Below are positions 1-9,081 of a stretch of 64,000 nt of DNA, piece by piece (the stretch's first letter is position 1; each line of letters starts with the position of its first letter). The notes beneath the pieces are model-generated. The model made no database searches. It saw nothing but the letters and a program-made list of their open reading frames with translations, and was not told the DNA's origin. Source of the DNA: Patescibacteria group bacterium (GTDB lineage Bacteria > Patescibacteriota > Minisyncoccia > Phycocordibacterales > UBA918); the NCBI GenBank assembly GCA_040386275.1, contig JAZKFU010000002.1, positions 16,858 through 80,857 on the forward strand, read 5' to 3'. The position numbers and the translations under genes are program-made.

Positions 1-636
1 GCCTAACGCGTACTCTCGTTCGTGTGTTACCATCACAATCGTTTGGCCAATGTCTCGATTTAGTCCGGCTATTAAATCAATGACTTGCTGACTCGAATAA
101 CTATCGAGGTTCGCAGTAGGTTCGTCAGCAAACAGAATTTTTGGTTTTCCGGCTACCGCTCGAGCGACCGCGACCCGCTGTTGCTCACCACCTGAAAGTT
201 CACTCGGTAAATTTTTGTATTTAGTGGCTAGTCCCACGGCATCAATGGCTTCGTGCGCAATGGTGCGCGCTTGATTCCAAGACATGCCACGCATCACGAG
301 GGGAATCATGACATTTTCTTCCGCATTTAAATCCGGTACTAAGGCATAGTCCTGGAACACATAGCCCAGCGTTTTTAACCGAAATTGAGTCCGTTCGTTT
401 TCAGTTTTGGTATCGATGAGTTCACCGGCGATGGTGAGGGTGCCACTGGTTGGTTCGTCGAGCATTGATAATTGATACATCAAGGTGGATTTACCGGCGC
501 CTGATTTACCCATAATGGCCACAAATTCTCCTTGGGCGATAGTGACGTCAATCCCTTTTAAAATAGTGGTAAATAAATCACCTGTACCAAATGATTTGGT
601 TATGCCGTGAGCAGTTATCATGGGGGGTGTATTCAT
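1..636 (-). CDS. ABC transporter ATP-binding protein (LolD/MacB-like), runs off the window edge
   Basis: Hand translation MNTPPMITAHGITKSFG...GEFVAIMGKSGAGKST (Walker A), LSGGEQQRVAVARA signature, ILFADEPT; follows the permease gene. Confidence 0.9.
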   Translation of the reverse strand, partial: MNTPPMITAHGITKSFGTGDLFTTILKGIDVTIAQGEFVAIMGKSGAGKSTLMYQLSMLDEPTSGTLTIAGELIDTKTENERTQFRLKTLGYVFQDYALVPDLNAEENVMIPLVMRGMSWNQARTIAHEAIDAVGLATKYKNLPSELSGGEQQRVAVARAVAGKPKILFADEPTANLDSYSSQQVIDLIAGLNRDIGQTIVMVTHEREYALG

Positions 637-639
637 ACG

Positions 640-1890
640 TTATTTGTTGCGACCTAAAATAGCGTTAAGGGTATTCCCGCGCGCAATCATCCAGGCAGGG
701 ATGTAGCCAGCAAGAAGAGTAATCCCAAAGAGAACAATAAAACGCAATAACGTGCCGACAGGTTCCGCTACGAGAATGCCGTCACTAAACGGAAAATCAA
801 TGGGGTAGCGATCAAAGTAGGGAATTAGTACTAGGTATGTAATGAGTACGCCAATCATTGATCCCACAAAAGCGTAAATTCCGGCCTGAATGACGTAGGC
901 AATTTCGATGGCTTTACGGTCAATACCAATCCCTTTAAGGATGCCAATAAACCGGCGTCGAGCGAGTGCATTAATAAAGATAATAATAAAGATAGTGATT
1001 GAGGCGACGATAATGCCAATTGAACCAATAAAGGTACCAAGGACATTAAAGGTATTTTTGATATCTTTCAAAAACTTCGGCACGCCTTCTTCGTAGGTTT
1101 GGATTTTTGCTATCTCACCTAAGCCACTTTGTACCATGGCTTCTTTTACCGTCCCGTTGCTTTTAGGGTTATCTAACCGCATCACAATTTGGTCAGCGTT
1201 GCGGTCAACTCGATTAAAGAGTCGTCTAAATTCTCGTTCGGGTATGTACGTATTAAATGTCACTTCATCAACTTTAGTTTGCAAAATCCCTTTGATGATA
1301 AATTCTTTTGATATGGTTCCAACGGTCAGTCGCACCGTGTCCCCAGGCTTTACTCCTTCAACCGTATCAAATAATCCTTGTAGTTGTTCCGCGTATTCTT
1401 CGATGTAGTAGGCGCCGACCAATATGTAGCCCTCTTCGTCTGGGTTAAGATACTCACCGGATAATAAGGCTTCGGATAATCCCGTCATCGCTTCTTCTTG
1501 CAGGGGATCAATACCGGTTACTTTTACATCGGCTTTATCGCGCTCGCCGGTTAAATCACGTCGCAGTTTGTAATTAGCTTCCATTTCTCCGGCGCCAGTA
1601 TAGCGTACAGAGTAATCTTTAACTTCAGGGTAAGCAGCAATTTCACGAACGATACGTTCTGTTTCGGCGATATGATCATCCCCATCTTTGGCGGTAATAA
1701 TGATGTCTCCGAGCGAGTCTTCTCGCACCGCTCGTTCAGCTCCCACAATTAATCCAACTAAAATACCTGAAACGGCAATGAGGTTTAGAAACGTGAGTGC
1801 CATCACAAACACAATCAAAATATTGGTCCAAATACTAGCCCGCTGTATTTGGCGAATACCTAAGAGAAGTCCAATGCGTAAGATAGGCAT
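640..1890 (-). CDS. ABC transporter permease (FtsX/MacB-like)
   Basis: N-terminal TM, large extracytoplasmic domain, C-terminal 3 TM with RRRFIGILKGIG motif. Confidence 0.85.
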   Translation of the reverse strand: MPILRIGLLLGIRQIQRASIWTNILIVFVMALTFLNLIAVSGILVGLIVGAERAVREDSLGDIIITAKDGDDHIAETERIVREIAAYPEVKDYSVRYTGAGEMEANYKLRRDLTGERDKADVKVTGIDPLQEEAMTGLSEALLSGEYLNPDEEGYILVGAYYIEEYAEQLQGLFDTVEGVKPGDTVRLTVGTISKEFIIKGILQTKVDEVTFNTYIPEREFRRLFNRVDRNADQIVMRLDNPKSNGTVKEAMVQSGLGEIAKIQTYEEGVPKFLKDIKNTFNVLGTFIGSIGIIVASITIFIIIFINALARRRFIGILKGIGIDRKAIEIAYVIQAGIYAFVGSMIGVLITYLVLIPYFDRYPIDFPFSDGILVAEPVGTLLRFIVLFGITLLAGYIPAWMIARGNTLNAILGRNK

Positions 1891-1898
1891 AGCGAGGG

Positions 1899-3407
1899 TT
1901 ATGGCGAAACAACCAGGGTGCCGACTGCAATACCAGAAATCCCAACCCAGCCATCATTGCCATCAGCAATTTTTGTCACGCTAGTAGTGGCAATTTGATT
2001 ATTAACGAGCGTTCGTACAAACGCACTATTATTTTCTTCGGTAATATATCGTTTAGGAATCCGGTTAACATCAGGAGTTGATTTAATAATGATATCAACA
2101 TCAGCATTAAGGCCACCACGCAGCCATTGGGGGATGGTATTAAGCGTGATAGTAATTTCAAAATATCCTACGCCATCAATTTGAATAGGGAGGGGAGAAA
2201 TATACGACACAACTCCCGTAAGTGGAGTGGTAATGTCGGCATCAAATAGAACGCGGGTGTTTTGTCCAATAGCTATAGTCGTAATATCAATTTCAGGAAT
2301 CCGGGCTTTCAGTTCAATGTCATTTGTTGCGAGAACGGTAAATAAAGGGACTGTACCGGCGGTTTCTCCCGCAACAATATCAACCGTGGTGACGGTGCCG
2401 GTAAACGGAGCCACAATAGCGCGGTCTCCGATTTGAGCATCAATTTGTGCAATCGTCGCACTCGCCTTATTAATCCGTGCGTTGGCCCGGGCCACTGCTT
2501 CACTACGGGGTGCGGCGTTGGTTGATGTTTGTTCTTGTTGGGCTAAAGTAAGGGCTTGTTTGGCGGCCGCGATAGTGGTGCGCGCGGTGTTCTCAGCCAC
2601 TGCAAGGGCATTTTTATTTGCTGTATAACTTTCTCCTGCGGTATTAGGAATGGCAATTTCCCAGACTGAATCACTGTATGAGGCTCCAGGGGTAAAGAGG
2701 GCGAATAAACCACATGTACCAAATGCTGCTGGTTGGTCTATTGATACCGGACCGGTACTGGTTTCTAGTCCAGACACGCGCATCGAATAAACAGATTCAG
2801 CACTTGAGCGGTATACGCTCAATATGTACGTTCCTTCCTTGGCACAGCGATAGGTACCAGAAATGGTGGGAGCGGGTGCCGATTCGGTAGCGTCATTACT
2901 TCGAGCAATCAGGGTTCCGGAACGAAGGGCTCGTTTTGCATTTTCTACCAACACTGCCTGAGTGGCTTCGGTACGTTCAAACTCTGCTGTCGCTATCGCT
3001 ACTTTAGTATTTGTGATGTCACGTTTAGTCGTAGTGTCTCCAGCGAGTAATTCCGCTCTATCTGCTTCAGCGACGGCGAGATCAGCCAGCGCGCTTGCTC
3101 TGGTTGCAACTAATTCTTCGGCACCTAAGGTGGCGAGAATGGTGCCGGATTCAACCACATCTCCTTCTTTGACGTACACTTTCGAAACTACTCCGGGTGT
3201 TGGGAAGGCAAGTTCTGCCGTATTGCGAGCTTTAGTAACGCCGGAAACAGAAACCAGACTTTCAACCGTACCGCGCTCAACTTGCGTGGTCACGAGACCT
3301 TGAAGCGGGTCTCGATTAATTTTTTCGATAACTACATAAGTCCCTATAACAATAGATAGAGCAATGAAGCTCGTAATTAGTTTGTGTCGTCGAATAAGTG
3401 TGAACAT
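1899..3407 (-). CDS. Efflux periplasmic adaptor (HlyD/MacA family)
   Basis: Lipoyl half-motifs GVVSKVYVKEGDVV and IVAPFTGTV, coiled coil, operon with ABC genes. Confidence 0.85.
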   Translation of the reverse strand: MFTLIRRHKLITSFIALSIVIGTYVVIEKINRDPLQGLVTTQVERGTVESLVSVSGVTKARNTAELAFPTPGVVSKVYVKEGDVVESGTILATLGAEELVATRASALADLAVAEADRAELLAGDTTTKRDITNTKVAIATAEFERTEATQAVLVENAKRALRSGTLIARSNDATESAPAPTISGTYRCAKEGTYILSVYRSSAESVYSMRVSGLETSTGPVSIDQPAAFGTCGLFALFTPGASYSDSVWEIAIPNTAGESYTANKNALAVAENTARTTIAAAKQALTLAQQEQTSTNAAPRSEAVARANARINKASATIAQIDAQIGDRAIVAPFTGTVTTVDIVAGETAGTVPLFTVLATNDIELKARIPEIDITTIAIGQNTRVLFDADITTPLTGVVSYISPLPIQIDGVGYFEITITLNTIPQWLRGGLNADVDIIIKSTPDVNRIPKRYITEENNSAFVRTLVNNQIATTSVTKIADGNDGWVGISGIAVGTLVVSP

Positions 3408-3478
3408 TTAGCATTAGTATAGCAGTGTGACTGTATACATAATGGCTTTAGATGGGGGTAGAATGATATTAAAATTTG

Positions 3479-3552
3479 TCCGTGTGCCTGGACTCGAACC
3501 AGGGACCACAGAGGTATAAGCTCTGCGCTCTAACCAACTGAGCTACACACGG
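3479..3552 (-). tRNA. tRNA-Ile (anticodon TAT)
   Basis: Cloverleaf ccgtgtg/cacacgg, anticodon arm cagag-ct TAT ac-ctctg, T loop ttcgagt; no encoded CCA. Confidence 0.9.
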
Positions 3553-3664
3553 AATGGTTGGTGGGGAAACTATACCGCATTTACGGGTGGGGTACAACGA
3601 GTGGTAAAAGTAAGTTTCTGTGACATACTAGAAAGGGAATGTAACGTAACAGCGGGATATTATC

Positions 3665-3955
3665 ATGAAAGACCATCTTCTTTCTACGACTTCTGTCACC
3701 GCTATGCTGGAATCTTGGACGCAAAACAATGTTGCTTTTCCAGCCTTAAATGAGACGCCAACTGTTGAAGTGCGACTGCTGACCGCACTGGAAAAAGAGA
3801 TGGTGAAAACGAAATATAATAGAGAAACTTCGGTGCCGTGGTTTGGATTTTTTCTCAACGATACGTTAGTGGCCGGTGAAGTTTCTCTGAAAAAGCTTCT
3901 TGGTAGAATGAGGGAAGCAGGCTACAAGGTTCGTAACCTTGATGAACTGGTATAA
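3665..3955 (+). CDS. hypothetical protein
   Basis: 96-aa ORF followed directly by a GC-rich terminator hairpin. Confidence 0.55.
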   Translation: MKDHLLSTTSVTAMLESWTQNNVAFPALNETPTVEVRLLTALEKEMVKTKYNRETSVPWFGFFLNDTLVAGEVSLKKLLGRMREAGYKVRNLDELV

Positions 3956-3994
3956 AAAACGGGCGGGGCAAATTTTTGCCCCGCCCGCTTCTTT
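3955..3994. terminator. bidirectional intrinsic terminator
   Basis: cgggcggggcaaa-tt-tttgccccgcccg between convergent genes. Confidence 0.75.
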
Positions 3995-4003
3995 ATATAT
4001 AGA

Positions 4004-4636
4004 TTAGATTCGTACGACGATATCATTTAGTGGCTTACGTACTTTAGCCCAGTGTTGCGTGTCGTCAGATCTAGATCTGTAGCCGAGAGCTAAAATCACC
4101 GTCGCAGTAAGGTTGTGTTTTTCTAAATCTAAAATTTGATTAAATTCAGTTGGGTTAAATCCTTCCAAAGCGTGGTTATCAATCCGTAGTTCACTTGCCG
4201 CTGCCATGAGAGTACCAAGTACAATGTAGGCTTGTTTTTGTGCCCATATTAATCGTGCCTCAGGGGTGCGATTGGTGAGGTCGTTTACCATCATGGTTTT
4301 GTATCCATCAGTTGTGCCCTCTGGTAATCTGCGAGTTGCTTCAATGCGGGCGGTGTATTCACTAATATACGCTTCATCAATATCGGTTCGTGCAGCGAGA
4401 ACGATAAGGGCGCTGTTGTCGCCAACGTGCGTTTGGTTGTAGGCGGCGGGGATGAGGGCTTGTTTTTTCTCAGGGTCAGTGACGACTACCATCTGGAGGG
4501 GTTGTAATCCATAGGCAGTTGCTGAAAGATTGCCGGCTTCAAGAATAGTTTCCAAATCTTCTGGCGCAATCGTTTTGCTCGTATCAAACTTTTGAGTAGC
4601 GTACCTCCATTTCAAATTTTCAATTATTGTAGTCAT
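4004..4636 (-). CDS. NAD(P)H nitroreductase family protein
   Basis: MTTIIENLKWRYATQKFD, SATAYGLQP, LEGF, LALGYR; start moved to 4636 because a TATACT box lies 8 nt upstream. Confidence 0.9.
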   Translation of the reverse strand: MTTIIENLKWRYATQKFDTSKTIAPEDLETILEAGNLSATAYGLQPLQMVVVTDPEKKQALIPAAYNQTHVGDNSALIVLAARTDIDEAYISEYTARIEATRRLPEGTTDGYKTMMVNDLTNRTPEARLIWAQKQAYIVLGTLMAAASELRIDNHALEGFNPTEFNQILDLEKHNLTATVILALGYRSRSDDTQHWAKVRKPLNDIVVRI

Positions 4637-4727
4637 AGGGCAGTAGTATAAGTGGGAAGATGGTTTCTGTCGAACCTGATCAAAAATAATACAAAAAACG
4701 GCGGACCAGAGAGGTCCGCCGCGTTCA

Positions 4728-5135
4728 TCAGTCCGGTCGAAATAAATAACCACGTAACTCACCTTCTTCAGTGGTGCAATTTTTTATGGAAAAAACTAAC
4801 CAAACACCACGCCGGTTGTCCATTTCAGCATGAGTTACCTCAATACTCGTTAATTGTTCGTTGCACTTGAGCATGAGTACAGGGCAGTTCGATACAAATT
4901 CCAAATCGCATCTATCAAATAACTGCGACACCAGCACGGTGAAATAGCTGGCTTTTGGATACCTCCTATTTGTTCCGTCACACATTACGGTGACCTCAAA
5001 ATAGTAATCAATAGCCAGGTCTTCATTGTGTGAGTCGGCTATCAATGAGGTGTTATGTCGTTTGAGTGAGACACTAAAACCGTCGATGTTACTTTTTGGT
5101 ACAACCGCAGTCAGCTGTCTGGTCTGTAGCATCAC
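4728..5135 (-). CDS. hypothetical protein
   Basis: 135-aa ORF with purine-rich SD-like upstream and terminator hairpin at ~4695-4725. Confidence 0.5.
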   Translation of the reverse strand: MMLQTRQLTAVVPKSNIDGFSVSLKRHNTSLIADSHNEDLAIDYYFEVTVMCDGTNRRYPKASYFTVLVSQLFDRCDLEFVSNCPVLMLKCNEQLTSIEVTHAEMDNRRGVWLVFSIKNCTTEEGELRGYLFRPD

Positions 5136-5222
5136 CTGTCCCTTTCATCGTTTTTCTAGAATGAACCAATTTCCATAACGATATATAAAATAAGCCAGCG
5201 CGTCAATAACACACAACAAGAC

Positions 5223-5488
5223 TTGCCAATAATTTAATTTGGGTGTTTACTAATTTAGATGTACCGTCGCATCGGTTCTTTTCAAAACAGGAGATCACCT
5301 CATGTCCCAATCTGACCACCAGGCTTCCCGTAATTTCGCGGTGAAGCTAAACTGAAAGGAGGTGATCCTTATCTCGGTTGTGCCACCTGTCTTTCATTGC
5401 CCGCAGAGGTATTGCGACACTGGCCACATGGCGTCTGTTAACGCCCACCTTTAAAAGCGACTCTTCCTCACTATGAAGAGTCGTTTTC
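5223..5488 (+). ncRNA. candidate small structured transcript or pyr leader (promoter, 17-aa uORF, terminator)
   Basis: TTGCCA-17-TTTACT, uORF 5302-5355, AAAGGAGGTGATCC 5355-5368, terminator 5453-5488. Confidence 0.45.
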
Positions 5489-5577
5489 TATTCCCCGGTA
5501 ATCGCCCCGAAGGAAAAATTGCGTGTTAGGGGATGGCGTGGTACTGTTTTCCTAATTGTGTGATGCACATACTATAT

Positions 5578-6573
5578 ATGTCAGAAGTTATTGAAAAGAC
5601 ACTCATTGATACTAGAGCTGGTCGAGATGTAACTTTTTTTGATTTATACTCAATTGACCAACTGACGCTGCCGGATATAAAACTAATTTTTGAAATCGCT
5701 CGTAGTTTTAGAGAGAGTAAAACTGCTAAACTGACACTCTGCAAAGGTAATACTCAAATCAATTGTTTTTTTGAACCATCTACTCGCACTCAGGCGAGCT
5801 TTGATTTATCTGCCAAACATCTCGGAATGGATACGACTAATGTGGGTGGATCTACCAGTTCAGCCAAAAAAGGAGAAAGCTACATTGATACCGTCGAAAC
5901 CCTCGATGCCTACAACGTACGTTTGATGGTGATACGCTCATCCGAAGCCGGGGTAGCGCACATGGTAGCGAGTACCGTGCGAGCGAGTGTGCTTAATGCA
6001 GGTGATGGATATCATGAGCACCCGACCCAAGGGTTGCTTGATGCTCTTACCATTCTCGATGAACTTAAAACAGATTCTCTAGAAGGTAAGGTGGTGGTGA
6101 TTGTCGGTGATATTTTGCACTCACGGGTATTTGGTTCGTTAGTACGAATACTAAAAAAACTAGGCGCAACGATACGGGTAGCGGCTCCCCAAACTTTTTT
6201 ACCAGCCGAAGTAGAGAAATTTGGCCTTACTACCTACTACAATGTGGAAGAAGCACTTATTGGTGCAGACGTGGTGTATGCCTTGCGGGTACAAGAAGAG
6301 CGGGGAGCTACCGGATTTATTCCTACCTTGCGCGAGTACTCTAAAACATTTGGTATCTCGGAAAAACGTTTGAACCTTGCCAAGCCCGGCGCAATTTTAA
6401 TGCACCCAGGACCTGTGATTCGTGATATTGATATTCACTCAGCCTTGGTGTCGCGTCATCCCAAGTCGCGCATATTGAGACAAGTGGAAAATGGCATGGC
6501 CGTTCGAAAAGCATTAATTTGGCTGTTGGTAGAACGATATGATAAAAAAGTAAAACCGCACGCGTATCTATAA
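5578..6573 (+). CDS. pyrB: aspartate carbamoyltransferase catalytic subunit
   Basis: FFEPSTRT, HPTQ, GDILHSRV, RVQEER, MHPGP motifs. Confidence 0.95.
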   Translation: MSEVIEKTLIDTRAGRDVTFFDLYSIDQLTLPDIKLIFEIARSFRESKTAKLTLCKGNTQINCFFEPSTRTQASFDLSAKHLGMDTTNVGGSTSSAKKGESYIDTVETLDAYNVRLMVIRSSEAGVAHMVASTVRASVLNAGDGYHEHPTQGLLDALTILDELKTDSLEGKVVVIVGDILHSRVFGSLVRILKKLGATIRVAAPQTFLPAEVEKFGLTTYYNVEEALIGADVVYALRVQEERGATGFIPTLREYSKTFGISEKRLNLAKPGAILMHPGPVIRDIDIHSALVSRHPKSRILRQVENGMAVRKALIWLLVERYDKKVKPHAYL

Positions 6574-6574
6574 T

Positions 6575-7870
6575 ATGGGAACAATTTTAATCAAAAATGG
6601 TCGACTGGTTGATCCAAAGAATAATCGTGACGAAGTTACGAACCTACTGATTAGTGATGGTAAGGTAGCGGAAATTGGCTGCACTGACACAACTGAGGCC
6701 GATACAGTACTTGATGCAACAGGGCTTATTGTTGCTCCTGGATTGATTGATTTGCAAGTGCATTTTAGAGAGCCGGGGCGTGAGGATAAAGAAACTATCG
6801 AAACCGGTTCACGCGCCGCCGTAAAGGGAGGCGTAACTACAGCTGTGGCTATGCCTAATTCCAATCCCAAAGCTGATAATCAGTCGGTGATTGAGTTTGT
6901 AATTAAGCGTGCGCGTAAAGTAGGACTGATTAATATTTACCCAACGGGAGCTATCACTAAAGGACAGGCTGGTGATGTGTTAGCGGAAATGCGGGAACTT
7001 AAAAATTCAGGAGCGGTCGCTGTTACTGATGATGGCGTGGATGTGCAAGACGCGTTGTTACTTCGTCGCGCAATGGAGTATGCAAAAACGCATGACCTGT
7101 TACTGATGAGTCACTGCGAGACTGATAGTCTCACCGACGGGGGTGTGATGCATGAAGGGTGGGTCTCAACACAACTGGGACTGCCAGGAACTCCGGCCGT
7201 GAGTGAAGATTTAGCGGTTGAAAAAAATCTCATGCTCGCCAAACTCACCGGTGCACGACTACATATTTTACATAATTCAACCAAGGGAGCCGTAACGAGT
7301 ATTAAAGCGGCCAAAGCCCAAGGGTTCACAAATATTACCGCAGAAGTTTCGGTGCAGCATTTTGCGCTCACAGACGAGGCGTGTTTGGGGTACAACACCG
7401 ATGCCAAGATGTATCCACCACTTCGTTCTCGGGAACATGTTGACGCTATTATTGCTGCCATTAAAGACGGTACGATTGATGCCCTCACGACTGACCACGC
7501 TCCCCATATTGAACCAGAAAAGCTCCTGCCGTTTATTGATGCCGCGATGGGAAGTACTGGATTAGAAACGAGTTTTGCGGTGATGTATACCTACCTGGTA
7601 CAGCCGGGTCACATTTCGCTTGCTGACGGATTGGCATTAATGACTCATAAACCAGCGTCTATTATCCGTGTTAAAAAAGGTTCGCTCGAAGTGGGAGCTG
7701 ATGCAGATATTGCACTATTTGATTTAAAAGAAGAGTGGGTGGTAGATCCCAAGCGCATGGAATCAAAGGGGAAAAATTGTGTGTTCAAAAATCTTACGCT
7801 TACCGGTAAGGCCAAACACGTCATCGTTGGAGGGGAGTTAAAAATGCAAAACGGTGCAATATTGCAATAA
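6575..7870 (+). CDS. pyrC: dihydroorotase (long, class I type)
   Basis: PGLIDLQVHFREPG, AMPN, TDDG, HCE, K.YPPLR, TDHAPH; adjacent to pyrB. Confidence 0.9.
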   Translation: MGTILIKNGRLVDPKNNRDEVTNLLISDGKVAEIGCTDTTEADTVLDATGLIVAPGLIDLQVHFREPGREDKETIETGSRAAVKGGVTTAVAMPNSNPKADNQSVIEFVIKRARKVGLINIYPTGAITKGQAGDVLAEMRELKNSGAVAVTDDGVDVQDALLLRRAMEYAKTHDLLLMSHCETDSLTDGGVMHEGWVSTQLGLPGTPAVSEDLAVEKNLMLAKLTGARLHILHNSTKGAVTSIKAAKAQGFTNITAEVSVQHFALTDEACLGYNTDAKMYPPLRSREHVDAIIAAIKDGTIDALTTDHAPHIEPEKLLPFIDAAMGSTGLETSFAVMYTYLVQPGHISLADGLALMTHKPASIIRVKKGSLEVGADADIALFDLKEEWVVDPKRMESKGKNCVFKNLTLTGKAKHVIVGGELKMQNGAILQ

Positions 7871-7934
7871 ATACACATTAGTTCTATAGTGACCAAGAAT
7901 CGTTCCCCCAATGTTCCTCGAAGGAGTGCTAGAA

Positions 7935-8273
7935 ATGCCCAGTCCCCGATTGGTTACCCTTGTCATCACGACCTCGCACAAAGCGCGTGGTCCTGACGTG
8001 CAAGAACTGTGTGCCTTGCCCTTGCAACAACAGTTTGCCTTGGATGCCCCTCACCAGGTAGTGGTGCACCATGCTTTCTCGTTTGCTGATGTTCCTGAAT
8101 CGCCGACTGTGGCAACACTCGTGTTTCGGTACAGTACCGGCTTCGCGAACGTCACTGCGTACGAGACCTTGAGCGACACTGAGGGTAAGATTATTCAGTT
8201 GGTCAAAGTGGCTTTTGAAGTCGACGAGGTGTACTTCGCGACTGAAGTTGTAGATTTCAAGCGAGCAGGATAA
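7935..8273 (+). CDS. hypothetical protein
   Basis: AAGGAG SD before ATG 7935; terminator 8285-8321. Confidence 0.55.
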   Translation: MPSPRLVTLVITTSHKARGPDVQELCALPLQQQFALDAPHQVVVHHAFSFADVPESPTVATLVFRYSTGFANVTAYETLSDTEGKIIQLVKVAFEVDEVYFATEVVDFKRAG

Positions 8274-8319
8274 TTCCCATACAAGAAAAGGGCGCCCCAC
8301 GAATGGGACGCCCTCTTTT

Positions 8320-9036
8320 TTAGACTATCTTCGCGACTGACACAATAAGCGCAATCAGGAACGCCAGACGTATGAGCCAGTTTTGTTTCTGTGGTGGCCA
8401 CCGTCCAGTATGTTTGATAATCAGCCCCCCAATTAGTCCTCCCACCATGCCCCCCGCAGCCCACGTGAGCGCAAGTGGCCAATCAATAAGATTGAAGTGC
8501 CAAAACGTAAGCACCGCTACGGTGCTTAATAGGAGTTCGAGCAGCAGTGCGTTTGCTCTCGCGTCGACTAGAGACGTGTCACGCAACTGCAGGAGTGACA
8601 GTATGAGTAGCATGATACCCGCTCCAAAGATGCCGCCGTAGAAACCAACTAAAAACGTCACTAGCCAAAACAGATACGGAGGCAGTTTGAGTCGGTGTCC
8701 ATACTCATGAATCGCTAGTCCAATGATGAGAACCAGAGGTACGATTTCATGAGAGACAGACACAACGAGCCAGGAGCCGACGATACTCCCAACACACAGA
8801 ACTGGTGCCAGCCAAAGTATTTGGCGGTCAATCTTACGATACAGCGGCAGAAGCGCAGTGGCGTTGCGAAAGATACTGCCGAACTTAATATTGCCAACGA
8901 TGGCTCCGAGCGACATCTCGGGAAACAGAATTTGAAAGAGCGGGAGAGAAAGAAATAACGTCCCACCCATCACGACAGCAAAAACGCCGATTAGAATGGC
9001 GCTTATGAAGATAATGCCGAACATGAGTATGTCCAT
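8320..9036 (-). CDS. TauE/SafE (sulfite exporter-like) membrane protein
   Basis: Multiple TM helices, GFYGGIFGAG motif, GAGGAGG SD. Confidence 0.8.
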   Translation of the reverse strand: MDILMFGIIFISAILIGVFAVVMGGTLFLSLPLFQILFPEMSLGAIVGNIKFGSIFRNATALLPLYRKIDRQILWLAPVLCVGSIVGSWLVVSVSHEIVPLVLIIGLAIHEYGHRLKLPPYLFWLVTFLVGFYGGIFGAGIMLLILSLLQLRDTSLVDARANALLLELLLSTVAVLTFWHFNLIDWPLALTWAAGGMVGGLIGGLIIKHTGRWPPQKQNWLIRLAFLIALIVSVAKIV

Positions 9037-9081
9037 GGTTTCCTCCTCAAGACTGCGCCGAGTCTAGCACGTCTAAAACAA

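Noticed and set aside
5355-5368. 16S rRNA gene fragment on the minus strand
   Set aside because: Only 14 nt match; the flanks do not continue into helix 45 sequence.
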